A stretch of DNA of 61,702 nucleotides, counting the filler, from Chthonomonadaceae bacterium (GTDB lineage Bacteria; Armatimonadota; Chthonomonadetes; Chthonomonadales; Chthonomonadaceae): the NCBI GenBank assembly GCA_035650735.1. It is 4 parts of 4 records of this genome, joined end to end, with 100 filler letters (N's around TTAATTAATTAA, not from the genome) between each part and the next. Parts side by side here need not be neighbours in the genome. Positions count along the whole stretch, not along the records: positions 47,622 to 61,702 come from DASRGZ010000101.1; 3 more parts are not named here. One strand, 5' to 3'. Within the stretch, counting starts at the first letter, position 1; every line of letters starts with the position of its first letter. Made by a program: the position numbers and the translations under genes. Below, piece after piece: positions 47,905 through 57,556 of this stretch. The notes beneath the pieces are model-generated. The model was not told the DNA's origin. It was given only the letters and a program-made list of their open reading frames with translations, and did not search any database.

Positions 47905-50670
47905 ATGGTCGCCAATACTTCCACCGCCGTCCGCACCAAAAAGCTGGTACTCGTAGACGCCTATAGCCTGCTCTTTCGCGCCTTCTTCGCCGGGCGCTAT
48001 CTCTCCACCACCGATAACCGGCCCACCGGCGCGCTGTACGGCTTCACGAATATGCTGTTCTCGCTGCTCAATAACGAGAAGCCGGACGCCATCGTCGTCT
48101 GCTGGGATGCCCCGGAGCAGACCCATCGCAGCCGCGAGTACGAAGCCTATAAGGCCCACCGGCCTGAGGTGGACACCCAGTTGATCGCCCAGATGCCTAT
48201 GGCGCGCGAGATCATCCGGGCGTTTGGCATTCAGTCGGCGGAGCTTGGCGGCTATGAGGCCGACGACCTGATCGGCACGCTGGCCGTCAAGGGCGCCAGG
48301 GAGGGCTATGCCGTTACCATCCTTACCGGCGATTCAGATCAGCTTCAGCTTGTGGACGACGGCATTACCGTCCAGATGACTCAGAGAGGCGTCTCCGACG
48401 TAAAGCTCTACGACGCGGAGGCGGTGCGCGAGCGCTACGGCGTCGGGCCGGAGCAGATCGCCGACTGGAAAGCCCTGGTCGGCGATACCTCCGATAACAT
48501 CCCTGGCGTGCCCGGAATCGGCGAAAAGACGGCCACGGGCCTGTTGCAGCAGTGGGGCACGCTGGAGAATATCCTGGCCCACCTCCCCGAAGTGACGCCG
48601 CCCAAGGCTCGCGCCGCCCTGGAGGCCAACGTCGAGCAGGCCCGCTTCTCCAAGCGGCTCGCCACCATCGTCCGGGACGCGCCCATCGCGTTTGAGATAC
48701 GCCGCTACGCGCCCACGGAGGAGGATTGGGAGCGGGTGCGCGACCTCTTCACCGACCTGGAGTTCAAGTCGCTGCTGCCGCGCATCCCACGCGCGCAAGG
48801 GCTGCCCCCGGTCGCGGCGCGCGAAAGCCTGGCGCCTGAGCAGGCGTTTGTGACGGCTGCCGTCTGGATACGCTCGGCGGAGGAGCTAGAGGACGCCCTG
48901 CGCTCGGTCCAGCGCAGCGGGCAGGTTGCCATCCAGATGGAGATGGAGTCCGGCTCACCGATGCGCGCGGAGGTGCGCGGCATCGCCTTTGCGCCCTCGC
49001 CGGAAGTCGGCTACTACGTGGCCCTCGCCGCAGAGGAGAAGGCGGCCAGTGGAGCACTGGGCGGGCTGTTTGAACAGGAGGGTGCTGGGGCGGAGAACAC
49101 CGGAGAGTATCGCGCGCCCTTGAGCGCGCTGCGCCCGCTGGTGGAAGACGCGGCGATCTCCAAAGTCGGCTACAACGTCAAGCTGGCCGAGATCGCTCTG
49201 GAGCGGCACGGCCTGCACCCAACGCCCTTTGCCTTCGACGTGCTCATCGCCGCCTACCTGCTCAACTCCGGGCGCTCGTCCTATCCGCTGATGGACCTGG
49301 CGGAGACGCATCTGGGCGTGCGTTTGGAGGCGCAGGACGCCTTCGCGCCCCAGGAAACGCTCACCCACGAAGCCGCCCTCATCCTCGCTCTGGTCGATCC
49401 GCTGCGCAGCAAGCTGGCGGAGGTCGGCATGACCGACATCATGGACCGGATGGAGATGCCGCTGGTCCCGGTGCTGGCAGGGATGGAGGAGACGGGCCTG
49501 CTGGTAGATCGCGCCTATCTGGAGCAGCTTTCGGCGCGCATGGCCGAGCAGATGGAGGCGCTGGCGAAGGAGGTCTATGCGCTGGCGGGGGAGGAGTTCA
49601 ACATCAGTTCGCCCAAGCAGTTGCAGACGATCCTCTTCGATAAGCTCCAACTGCCCACCGGCAAGAAAGTCAAGACCGGCTACTCCACCGGCGCCGATCT
49701 GCTGGAGCAGTTAGCGCCCAAATATGAGATCTGCCGCAAGATACTCGACTACCGCGAGGTCGCCAAGCTCAAATCTACCTATGCCGACGCCCTGCCCCGG
49801 TTGATCAACCCGGAGACGGGCCGCGTGCATACCTCGCTGAACCAGACGGTAGCCAGCACCGGGCGCCTTAGCTCCTCCGAGCCGAATTTGCAGAATATCC
49901 CGGTGCGCTCGCCCATCGGGCGCGAGATTCGCCGCGCCTTCATCGCGCCGCCGGGCAAGGTGTTGCTCTCCTGCGACTACTCGCAGATCGAGCTGCGCAT
50001 CCTGGCCCACATCACAAAGGACCCGGCGCTGGTGAAGGCATTTGAGGCTGGCGAGGACGTCCATACCGCCACCGCCGCCACCGTCTTCGGCGTGCCGATA
50101 GATCAGGTGACGCCCGACCAGCGCCGGCAGGCCAAGACGATCAACTTCGCGGTCATCTACGGGCAGAGCGGCTTCAGCCTGGCCGCGACGCTAGGCGTGG
50201 ACCCGGCGACGGCGAACGAGTGGATCAAGGACTACTTCGCGCGGCTGCCCGGCGTCAAGCGCTACGTGGAGGAGACGACCGCGCTGGCGCATCGGCAGAA
50301 GTACGTCAGCACCTTGATGGGCCGCCGCCGCTACCTGCCGGAACTCGACAGCGGCAACCACAATATCCGCCAGTTTGCGGAGCGGGCGGCGGTGAATATG
50401 CCCATCCAGGGCACCGCCGCCGACATCATGAAGCTGGCGATGATTGACGTCCACCGCTACTTGAGTCAGGAATGTCCGGGCGGCTGTACGCTGCTCTTGC
50501 AGGTGCATGACGAGCTGCTGTTCGAGGTAGAGGAGGCGATGCTGGGGGAGGTGACGCCTGAGATTGTCCGGCGGATGGAGGCAGCCTATCCGCTGGACGT
50601 GCCGCTGCGCGTAGACGCCAAATACGGCCCCAACTGGTCTGAAATGCAGCCCGTTTCGAAAGCGCGCTAG
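47905..50670 (+). CDS. polA: DNA polymerase I
   Basis: 5'-3' exonuclease motifs (LVDAYS, EADD, GDTSDNIPGVPGIGEKTA); TGRLSSSEPNLQNIP, DYSQIELR, AKTINF, QVHDEL. Confidence 0.98.
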   Translation: MVANTSTAVRTKKLVLVDAYSLLFRAFFAGRYLSTTDNRPTGALYGFTNMLFSLLNNEKPDAIVVCWDAPEQTHRSREYEAYKAHRPEVDTQLIAQMPMAREIIRAFGIQSAELGGYEADDLIGTLAVKGAREGYAVTILTGDSDQLQLVDDGITVQMTQRGVSDVKLYDAEAVRERYGVGPEQIADWKALVGDTSDNIPGVPGIGEKTATGLLQQWGTLENILAHLPEVTPPKARAALEANVEQARFSKRLATIVRDAPIAFEIRRYAPTEEDWERVRDLFTDLEFKSLLPRIPRAQGLPPVAARESLAPEQAFVTAAVWIRSAEELEDALRSVQRSGQVAIQMEMESGSPMRAEVRGIAFAPSPEVGYYVALAAEEKAASGALGGLFEQEGAGAENTGEYRAPLSALRPLVEDAAISKVGYNVKLAEIALERHGLHPTPFAFDVLIAAYLLNSGRSSYPLMDLAETHLGVRLEAQDAFAPQETLTHEAALILALVDPLRSKLAEVGMTDIMDRMEMPLVPVLAGMEETGLLVDRAYLEQLSARMAEQMEALAKEVYALAGEEFNISSPKQLQTILFDKLQLPTGKKVKTGYSTGADLLEQLAPKYEICRKILDYREVAKLKSTYADALPRLINPETGRVHTSLNQTVASTGRLSSSEPNLQNIPVRSPIGREIRRAFIAPPGKVLLSCDYSQIELRILAHITKDPALVKAFEAGEDVHTATAATVFGVPIDQVTPDQRRQAKTINFAVIYGQSGFSLAATLGVDPATANEWIKDYFARLPGVKRYVEETTALAHRQKYVSTLMGRRRYLPELDSGNHNIRQFAERAAVNMPIQGTAADIMKLAMIDVHRYLSQECPGGCTLLLQVHDELLFEVEEAMLGEVTPEIVRRMEAAYPLDVPLRVDAKYGPNWSEMQPVSKAR

Positions 50671-50688
50671 GCATTCCGGCTCAAAGCG

Positions 50689-51120
50689 CCCGGCTCTAAA
50701 GGAGCGGGCTGCGGACGGCAAGCCCCCTGATGACCTTTGACAACCTAAATCGGTAACGTCTGGCTTTGCCGGCAGGCTAAACCCTGCCGCTGTGGGGCCT
50801 GCGGCCCGTTGACGGCAAGGGGCGGGCCTGCAATGGACTGCAAGGATATTATCTCGGCCTGGTAGAAGCGGCGCTTAAGGTTGACTGCCAGGGTCGGGCC
50901 TGCAATGGACGGCAAGGGTCGGCAGGGTTACGGCCCCTGCCTCCGCCTTGCCACAGCCCTCCGCCTAGCGACACCTACGCGGGCAAGGACCGATTCAGAA
51001 GGGCAAAGATCATCAGGAGGCTCTCCCTTCTTGTAGCCCCTGAAGGGGATTAACCCACCCTTCGTAGCCCGCTTGAGCGGGCTTGCCGTCCGCAGCCCAT
51101 CCCTTTAGGGGTGGGCTGCC
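50689..51120. repeat. Inverted REP-like pair enclosing the 89-bp element
   Basis: GGGCTGCGGACGGCAAGCCC (50706-50725) is the reverse complement of 51079-51098; 89-bp element at 50884-50972. Confidence 0.8.
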
Positions 51121-51179
51121 AGAAGGTACAGTACTACTCTTAGAGGGAGCGCCTTTAATAAATTCATAGAGACAATCCT

Positions 51180-51211
51180 GCCAGGGACAACACTCTGTCC
51201 CTGGCTTTTTG
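51180..51211 (+). terminator. Intrinsic terminator
   Basis: GCCAGGGACA-ACACTC-TGTCCCTGGC followed by TTTTT. Confidence 0.75.
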
Positions 51212-51273
51212 TTATACTGATAGGGTTTCCAAGAATCCGGATTTTCTAATGGGCGCGAGGATGGAGGTGGAAT

Positions 51274-52161
51274 ATGCAGCGGCTGAAAGGAAAAGTGGCG
51301 GTGGTCACCGGGGCGACGCGCGGGGCAGGGCGCGGCATTGCGGTCGAGCTAGGAGCGGCGGGAGCGACGGTCTACTGCACGGGGCGCAGCGTGCGCGGCA
51401 AGCCCTCGCCTTCCCACCGTCCGGAGACGATTGAGGAGACCGCCGAGATGGTGACGGCGCGCGGGGGCGTGGGCATCCCCATGCAGGTAGATCACACGGT
51501 CACAGAGCAGGTGAAGGCTCTGTTTGAGCGGGTTCGGGCCGAACAGCGAAAGCTGGATATATTAGTGAACGACGTCTGGGGCGGCGACGAGCTGACCGAG
51601 TGGAACAAGCCCTTCTGGGAGCATTCGCTGCAAAAGGGACTTCTCATGCTGGAGCGCGCGGTGTTTTCTCATATCATCACCAACCACTATGGGGTTCCAC
51701 TGATGGTCGAGCGGGGTCAGGGCCTCGTCATCGAGGTCACCGACGGCGATAGCTTCTCCTATCGCGGCACCCTCTTCTACGACCTCTGCAAAGTCTCGGT
51801 CATCCGTCTGGCCTATGCCATGTCCGAAGAGCTGCGCAAGCACAACGTCACGGCGCTCGCCCTCACGCCCGGCTACCTACGCTCGGAAGCCATGCTCGAC
51901 GGGTTCGGCGTCACAGAGGCGAATTGGCAGGAAGCGGTGAAGAAGGATCCGCATTTTGCCGCATCTGAAACGCCCTACTATATCGGGCGGGCGGTCGTGG
52001 CGCTGGCCTCCGATCCGAATGTGGCGGAGAAGTCGGGGAAGGTATGGGCTACGTGGAACCTCGCGCCGGAGTACGGCTTTACGGATGTGGAGGGAAGGCA
52101 GCCGAGATGGCAGCAATACTACGAGGAGAACATCGCCAAGGAGCCAGCAGAGGCGACGTAG
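51274..52161 (+). CDS. SDR family oxidoreductase
   Basis: TGATRGAG, LDILVND, YDLCK (YxxxK). Confidence 0.93.
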   Translation: MQRLKGKVAVVTGATRGAGRGIAVELGAAGATVYCTGRSVRGKPSPSHRPETIEETAEMVTARGGVGIPMQVDHTVTEQVKALFERVRAEQRKLDILVNDVWGGDELTEWNKPFWEHSLQKGLLMLERAVFSHIITNHYGVPLMVERGQGLVIEVTDGDSFSYRGTLFYDLCKVSVIRLAYAMSEELRKHNVTALALTPGYLRSEAMLDGFGVTEANWQEAVKKDPHFAASETPYYIGRAVVALASDPNVAEKSGKVWATWNLAPEYGFTDVEGRQPRWQQYYEENIAKEPAEAT

Positions 52162-52348
52162 TTTGATGTCCGGTTGGAAATAGGATCAGCGCAGGGAAGA
52201 CGTCCCACCGGGGCGAATTAAGCGTCCGTATTCGCAAAATCCGGTAATCCCTCCCAACCGTGTTGACGCTTCTCATGGAGCGCACGCTTTTGAGATGTAT
52301 CCACACGATTGGGGGTGTCTACCCAAAATCCTTTAAGGGCAGGTATCA

Positions 52349-53533
52349 ATGACAGTACCAACCTATGGCGTCGGCATGGTCGGGTATGGGTTTATAGGCA
52401 AGGTACATTCGGTCGCTTATCGCTCCTTACCACTCTTTTATGACCCGCTTCCGGCGAAGACGCGGCTTATCGGCGTCGCAACGGCGACGGCGCAAAGCGG
52501 GCAGAAAGCGGTTGAGCAAGCAGGGTTTGAGTTCGCAACGACCGATTACCAGGAACTTCTGGCGCGGGACGACATCCAGCTTATTCATGTCTGTACGCCC
52601 AACGACGCCCACCGGGCTGTGGTACTGGACGCGCTGCGCGCCGGGAAGCATATCTACTGCGACAAGCCGCTGGCGCTGAACGTGGCCGAAGCGGAGGAGA
52701 TCTGCGCGCTGGCGCGCACCGTCCCTGCCGTGCACCAGATGACCTTTAACTACCGCTTTGTGCCGGCCCTGATGCGCGCCCGGCAGATGGCGGAGGCCGG
52801 GTTTCTGGGGGACCTCTTCTCCTTCCGCGCCGCCTACCTGCACGCCGGGTATATTGACCCGAACCGTCCCTTCTCCTGGCGGCTGGATTGGGAGCGCAGC
52901 GGCGGCGGGGCCATTGTGGACCTCGGCGCGCACATCATAGACCTCGTGCGGTACCTGGTTGGGCCGGGAACGGGAGTCGGGCGGGCTGGCGAATTTGCCG
53001 CCGTCAGTGCCGATCTACAGACGGTAATCAAGGAGAGGCGTGCCCCGCAGACCGGCGCGATGCGCCGCGTGGACGTGGACGACATCGCGCTGGCGCAGTG
53101 CCGGCTGGAGGGCGGGGCCGTCGGCACGCTGGAAGCCTCGCGCCTGGCCACCGGCGTCCAGGATGAGATCCGGCTGGAACTGCACGGCTCGAAGGGCGGC
53201 TTGAAGTTCAACCTGATGGACCCGAACTGGCTGGATGCCTACGATGCCACGCAGCCGGAGGCTCCGCTTGGCGGCAATCGGGGCTACACGCGCATCGAAG
53301 CCGTCACGCGTTACCCCAAGCCCTACGCGCTCGGCGTGACCAAGAACACGGTCGGCTGGCTCAGCTTCCATATCCAGAGCGTCTTCGATTTCGTCTCCAA
53401 CGTCGCCCGCCTCGCCGAAGGCAAGCCTCTGCCCCCACAGTCGCCGACCTTTGAAGACGGCCTGGCTGCACAGAGGGTCATCGCGGCCTGCCAGCGTTCC
53501 GCCGCGCAAGAGGACGGCTGGGCGCCCCTCTAA
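52349..53533 (+). CDS. Gfo/Idh/MocA oxidoreductase
   Basis: GYGFIG, CTPN..H, GKHIYCDKPL, GGGAIVDLGAH. Confidence 0.93.
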   Translation: MTVPTYGVGMVGYGFIGKVHSVAYRSLPLFYDPLPAKTRLIGVATATAQSGQKAVEQAGFEFATTDYQELLARDDIQLIHVCTPNDAHRAVVLDALRAGKHIYCDKPLALNVAEAEEICALARTVPAVHQMTFNYRFVPALMRARQMAEAGFLGDLFSFRAAYLHAGYIDPNRPFSWRLDWERSGGGAIVDLGAHIIDLVRYLVGPGTGVGRAGEFAAVSADLQTVIKERRAPQTGAMRRVDVDDIALAQCRLEGGAVGTLEASRLATGVQDEIRLELHGSKGGLKFNLMDPNWLDAYDATQPEAPLGGNRGYTRIEAVTRYPKPYALGVTKNTVGWLSFHIQSVFDFVSNVARLAEGKPLPPQSPTFEDGLAAQRVIAACQRSAAQEDGWAPL

Positions 53534-53601
53534 GAGTGGCTACGGAACCCCGGCAGTGCCCACCCCTGAAGGAGTGGGCTGCCAGCAAGAAGATACCAGG
53601 G

Positions 53602-55059
53602 CTAACCTTTGATCACGCCGAAGGGACGCAGGCGTGCCACTCGCCGCGCTAGGCCCGCCCGCTCTACGACCTCGGCCACGCGCTCCACGTCCTTGTAGGC
53701 GAACGGCGCCTCCTCGGCCAGCCCCGCATTGGTCGGACAGCGGACGACGATGCCCTTCGCTTCCAACTCCCGCCGCAGCTCCGCCCCACCGATCTTCTTC
53801 TTGGCCGCCGTGCGGCTGAGGCTGCGCCCGGCGCCATGACAGGTGCTGCCCCAGGCGCGCTCATCCGAGGTATCCATCCCTGCCAGCACGTAAGAGGCCG
53901 TGCCCATGCTGCCCGGAATAAACACCGGCTGGCCGATAGCACGGTAATCGGGCGGCATCTCCGTATGGTGCGGCCCGAATGCCCGCGTAGCCCCTTTCCG
54001 GTGGACGCACACCCGCTTGCCGTCGTATTCCTCTACCTTGGCGATGTTATGCGCAACATCATAGACAACGCGCACCTCTTCGGGACGCACATTCGGAAAC
54101 AGGCGGGTGACTACCTGCCGCACGCTCTGACCGATCAATTGGCGGTTGGACCAGGCGAAGTTGGCCGCGCAAGCCATCGCCGCCAGGTAATCCTTGCCCT
54201 CCGGGGAGGAGGCGGGCGCGCACGAGAGTTGCCGGTCGGGCAGGGTGATGCCATAGGCGGCCAGGCGAGTATCCATCAGCCGAACGTAGTCCGTGCAGAC
54301 CTGATGCCCCAGGCCGCGCGACCCGGAATGGATCAGGACTGTCACCTGCCCCTCGGCAAGACCCATTGCCGCAGCCGCCTCCGCGTCGAATATCTTGTCT
54401 ACCTGCTGGACCTCGACGAAGTGGTTGCCCGAGCCCATCGTGCCTAGCTGATCGCGGCCCCGATCCTTGGCGCGCTGGGAGACTTTCGACGGATCGGCTC
54501 CCGGCAGGCAGCCCTGTGATTCGGTATAGGCCACGTCCGCTTCCAGGCCCAACCCCTTCGCCCGCACCAGATACCGGCTGCCTTCGGCCAGTACCCGATC
54601 CAGTTCGCGGTCTTCCAGGCGCAGGGGACCTTCCTTGCCCGTGCCGGAGGGAACGCTGCGCGAGATCTCATGCACCAGCCGCTCCGCCTGGCTGTCATTC
54701 AGGTCTTTCCGGCGCAGTGGGGTCGCCAGCAGCCGGACGCCGCAGTTGATGTCGAAGCCAACACCGCCGGGCGATACCACCCCATCGGGCATTGCGGTAG
54801 CGGCAACGCCGCCGACCGGGAAGCCGTACCCCTCGTGCATGTCCGGCATGCCGCAGACGGCGCCCGCGACGCCGGGCAGCGTGGAGACGTTGATCAACTG
54901 GGTAATCGTCTCGCCCGCCAGCATCGCCTCCAGCAGATCCTCATCGGCGTAGATGCGGGCCGGCACGCGCATATCGGCGCGGAAGGAACTGGGAACTTCA
55001 TAGACGTTAGGCCCAACTCGGTTCAGATCCTGACGTCTCACAATCGCATCCTCCTTCAC
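53602..55059 (-). CDS. rtcB: RNA 3'-phosphate/5'-OH ligase RtcB
   Basis: MPDMHEGYGFPVGG, DINCG, GSGNHF, HSGSRG, DVAHN, HRKGAT, PGSMG, HGAGR. Confidence 0.97.
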   Translation of the reverse strand: MKEDAIVRRQDLNRVGPNVYEVPSSFRADMRVPARIYADEDLLEAMLAGETITQLINVSTLPGVAGAVCGMPDMHEGYGFPVGGVAATAMPDGVVSPGGVGFDINCGVRLLATPLRRKDLNDSQAERLVHEISRSVPSGTGKEGPLRLEDRELDRVLAEGSRYLVRAKGLGLEADVAYTESQGCLPGADPSKVSQRAKDRGRDQLGTMGSGNHFVEVQQVDKIFDAEAAAAMGLAEGQVTVLIHSGSRGLGHQVCTDYVRLMDTRLAAYGITLPDRQLSCAPASSPEGKDYLAAMACAANFAWSNRQLIGQSVRQVVTRLFPNVRPEEVRVVYDVAHNIAKVEEYDGKRVCVHRKGATRAFGPHHTEMPPDYRAIGQPVFIPGSMGTASYVLAGMDTSDERAWGSTCHGAGRSLSRTAAKKKIGGAELRRELEAKGIVVRCPTNAGLAEEAPFAYKDVERVAEVVERAGLARRVARLRPFGVIKG

Positions 55060-55472
55060 ACATCAAACAACACGACCGCTTTCCAGCGCTGGCCTTCGCG
55101 CGCAAATTGCAGGCCATGGTAGGTCGCGGCCTTGAGTGGCGACCGCCAACTGGTTACAGGCCGACCGCGTACCTCGGCCTCCAAACTTCCGTCGGAAAGC
55201 TTGATCTCACGGACTTCGTCATAGGCGCGCCAGGCGACTTCCGAGCGGCCCAGCAACTCATTGAGCCAATCCACCAGCAGGGTTTCCCGGTCGCGGGCGG
55301 TGAGCGCGATATGCTCCCAGGGTCCCGGTTCACCCCGGGTCGGGCCGCATTCCCGGCTCACCACTCGCGCCGCCTCGCTAAAGACCTCTTCGGGAGTGTC
55401 TGCCAATATCGTCAGCTTCCACTCGCCGACATGCTCTTCCGAACGCGAGACGGGCCGCATGGGACGCCTCAC
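55056..55472 (-). CDS. Archease (RtcB activator)
   Basis: EH near N-terminus, LLVDWLNELL, LKAATYH, terminal FDV; 4-nt overlap with rtcB. Confidence 0.92.
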   Translation of the reverse strand: MRRPMRPVSRSEEHVGEWKLTILADTPEEVFSEAARVVSRECGPTRGEPGPWEHIALTARDRETLLVDWLNELLGRSEVAWRAYDEVREIKLSDGSLEAEVRGRPVTSWRSPLKAATYHGLQFAREGQRWKAVVLFDV

Positions 55473-55927
55473 TTTCGCTCGTAGCGCCCGACCAACTGGG
55501 CCTGTCCGAGTATGTTGCCCTGCATGGCGGCCTCAACGTCGGCACGGCTGGCCCCAGCCGGCAGCCCGAGCGTCTCCACGCTGAGCGCGTAGACGGTGAA
55601 GATGTAGCGGTGCGGGCCGTGGCGGGGAGGCGGGCACGGGCCACCATAGCCCGTCTTACCGAAGTCGTTCTTGCCCTCGGCGGCGGGCTGAGGCAGCTTG
55701 CCACCTTCGGGTATCTTTTCGACCCGGGCCGTAATATCGTAGAGCACCCAATGAGTGAAGTCTCCCCTGGGTGCATCCGGGTCATGGACGATCAGCGCGT
55801 AGCTGTGCGTGCCGTTCGGCGCGCCGCTCCAGGCAAGGTCAGGCGAGCGGTCGTCGCCGTCGCAGGTATACTGCTGCGGAATATTCTGGCCCTCCGCAAA
55901 GGCGGTGCTGGTCAGCGTGAACGCCAT
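55469..55927 (-). CDS. YbhB/YbcL (PEBP/RKIP-like) protein
   Basis: YTCDG, DPDAP, HWVLY, GYGGPCPP, HRYIF. Confidence 0.95.
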   Translation of the reverse strand: MAFTLTSTAFAEGQNIPQQYTCDGDDRSPDLAWSGAPNGTHSYALIVHDPDAPRGDFTHWVLYDITARVEKIPEGGKLPQPAAEGKNDFGKTGYGGPCPPPRHGPHRYIFTVYALSVETLGLPAGASRADVEAAMQGNILGQAQLVGRYERK

Positions 55928-55984
55928 GCGTTCTTCCTCCTTCCCTATCGTCTCTCAGAGCATGTTTGGCAAAACCGGCTTCTG

Positions 55985-56150
55985 CTCTCCCCCGTCTTTG
56001 ACCTAACCCCCCCGGCCTCCACTGCCAGGGTCGGGCCTGCAATAATTCGGCCCTCCGCCTCGCGACACCTTGCGACCCTGCGAGGGAAGGGAGAGACCCG
56101 GCTTCTGTTCCCCCTCTCCCGCAGCGTGGGAGAGGGGTTGGGGTGAGGGC
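55985..56150. repeat. Composite intergenic repeat
   Basis: CCTAACCCCCC, short 89-bp-element variant at 56021-56066, CCCCTCTCCC...GGGAGAGGGG. Confidence 0.8.
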
Positions 56151-56174
56151 TGTGAGAGACAAAACAGGCCGCGC

Positions 56175-57539
56175 CTACACGTTCCACGGATAGGTTTCCG
56201 GCGGCTCGCCGCCCAGATAAGGCTCCATGTGCAGCGGGTGCAGGGCATGAGTCCTATCAATATAGAGCAGAGCGTCGTAGCGCAGCGGCAGCACCGTGGG
56301 CACGTAGTTGCCGAAGGCTTCGTAATCCGGGTCGTAGACAACGCCGATGGCCCGGTGCCCGCGCGGCTCCAGGAACCCGCCCATCTGAATGTCGGCGTTA
56401 AGTGTGCCGTCGGTCAGGAGGAGCAGCTTGTCCTGTGCGCTCGCCTGATGGAGCACGTCTTCCCAACTGCCGGGCCGGCCCGCCGGCACCCGCATGCGCT
56501 GCATCGGCGCGCCCCATTCGTAGCTGGCGATGACGCCGCCTTCGTAGGAGCTGAAGCCGATCAGTACAACCTCATCCTTATGGTGGGCCTCGCGCACCAG
56601 TTGCCCGACGTTGACCATGCCGCCGCGCGCCATGTCGGTGGCGCGTGCGTCGCCGATGTGGGTGTTGTGCTCCCAGACGATCCCTTTGGCGTCCGGGCCG
56701 TGGAAGCGCATCAGACGCTCCAGCGTCTCGACCATATGGTTATCGCGCACGTTCCAGGAGGTGCGGTCGCCGCGTATCATCGTGCGGTAGTAGGTCTCCG
56801 CGTTCTTGACCACCAGCGCGTTCTGCTCGGCGACAAATCGGGCTTCGCGCTCCTCCGGCGCCAGGGCGGGCATCTCGCGCCGCATCTCCGCCAGCAGCGC
56901 GACCGCCTCCTCCTGGCAGGAGGCCGGAACAAAGTGGTAGGTCGCGCGAGCGTACTCCTGCATATCCTCCGCGTAGGGCTCGAAGCAGTGATACGCCTTC
57001 CGCGCCGCCTCCGCCGCCTTGCTGTCCACGCGCTCCAGGTAGCGAATCACGGCCTCCAGCGAATCCCACAGGCTGTAGACATCCAATCCGTAGAAGCCTA
57101 CCTTCTTCTCATCCGGGAGATTCGCATTGTATTTGCGCAGCCATTCGGCCAGCGCGACGATCTCCCAGTTGGCCCACATCCAGGTCGGCCACCGCTCAAA
57201 GGCATGCAGCACGTCGCGCGCGCGCTCCCCGGAATCGGGGTAGCCCTTCACGTAGCGGTTGACCTGGTAGCAGTCCGGCCAGTCGCCCTCGACGGCGATA
57301 AAGGAGAAGCCTTTCTCCTGAATAAGCCGCTGGCTGAGCCAGGCCCGCCAGATATAGTATTCGGAGGTGCCGTGCGACGCCTCGCCCAGCAGCACGTACC
57401 GGGCATTGCCGATCCGTTTCAGCAGGGGATCCAGATCATTGGGCCCTTCCAGCTTGTGGCTGAATTCCCGGCATCGGACCGCTAACTCCGCGACGCCCTG
57501 CGTGCCATGCGAGAGCGATCTCTCTCGAAGCGTTCTCAT
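56175..57539 (-). CDS. Erythromycin esterase (EreA-like) family protein
   Basis: LGEASHGT, AVEGDWP, WPTWMWAN, GLDVYS, WNVRD, WEHNTHIGDA, RAIGVVY. Confidence 0.93.
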   Translation of the reverse strand: MRTLRERSLSHGTQGVAELAVRCREFSHKLEGPNDLDPLLKRIGNARYVLLGEASHGTSEYYIWRAWLSQRLIQEKGFSFIAVEGDWPDCYQVNRYVKGYPDSGERARDVLHAFERWPTWMWANWEIVALAEWLRKYNANLPDEKKVGFYGLDVYSLWDSLEAVIRYLERVDSKAAEAARKAYHCFEPYAEDMQEYARATYHFVPASCQEEAVALLAEMRREMPALAPEEREARFVAEQNALVVKNAETYYRTMIRGDRTSWNVRDNHMVETLERLMRFHGPDAKGIVWEHNTHIGDARATDMARGGMVNVGQLVREAHHKDEVVLIGFSSYEGGVIASYEWGAPMQRMRVPAGRPGSWEDVLHQASAQDKLLLLTDGTLNADIQMGGFLEPRGHRAIGVVYDPDYEAFGNYVPTVLPLRYDALLYIDRTHALHPLHMEPYLGGEPPETYPWNV

Positions 57540-57556
57540 GGTACTGCTCCTGTTTC

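Noticed and set aside
56175..57539. Macrolide resistance gene
   Set aside because: Broad esterase superfamily member in a chromosomal context; resistance cannot be inferred from sequence.
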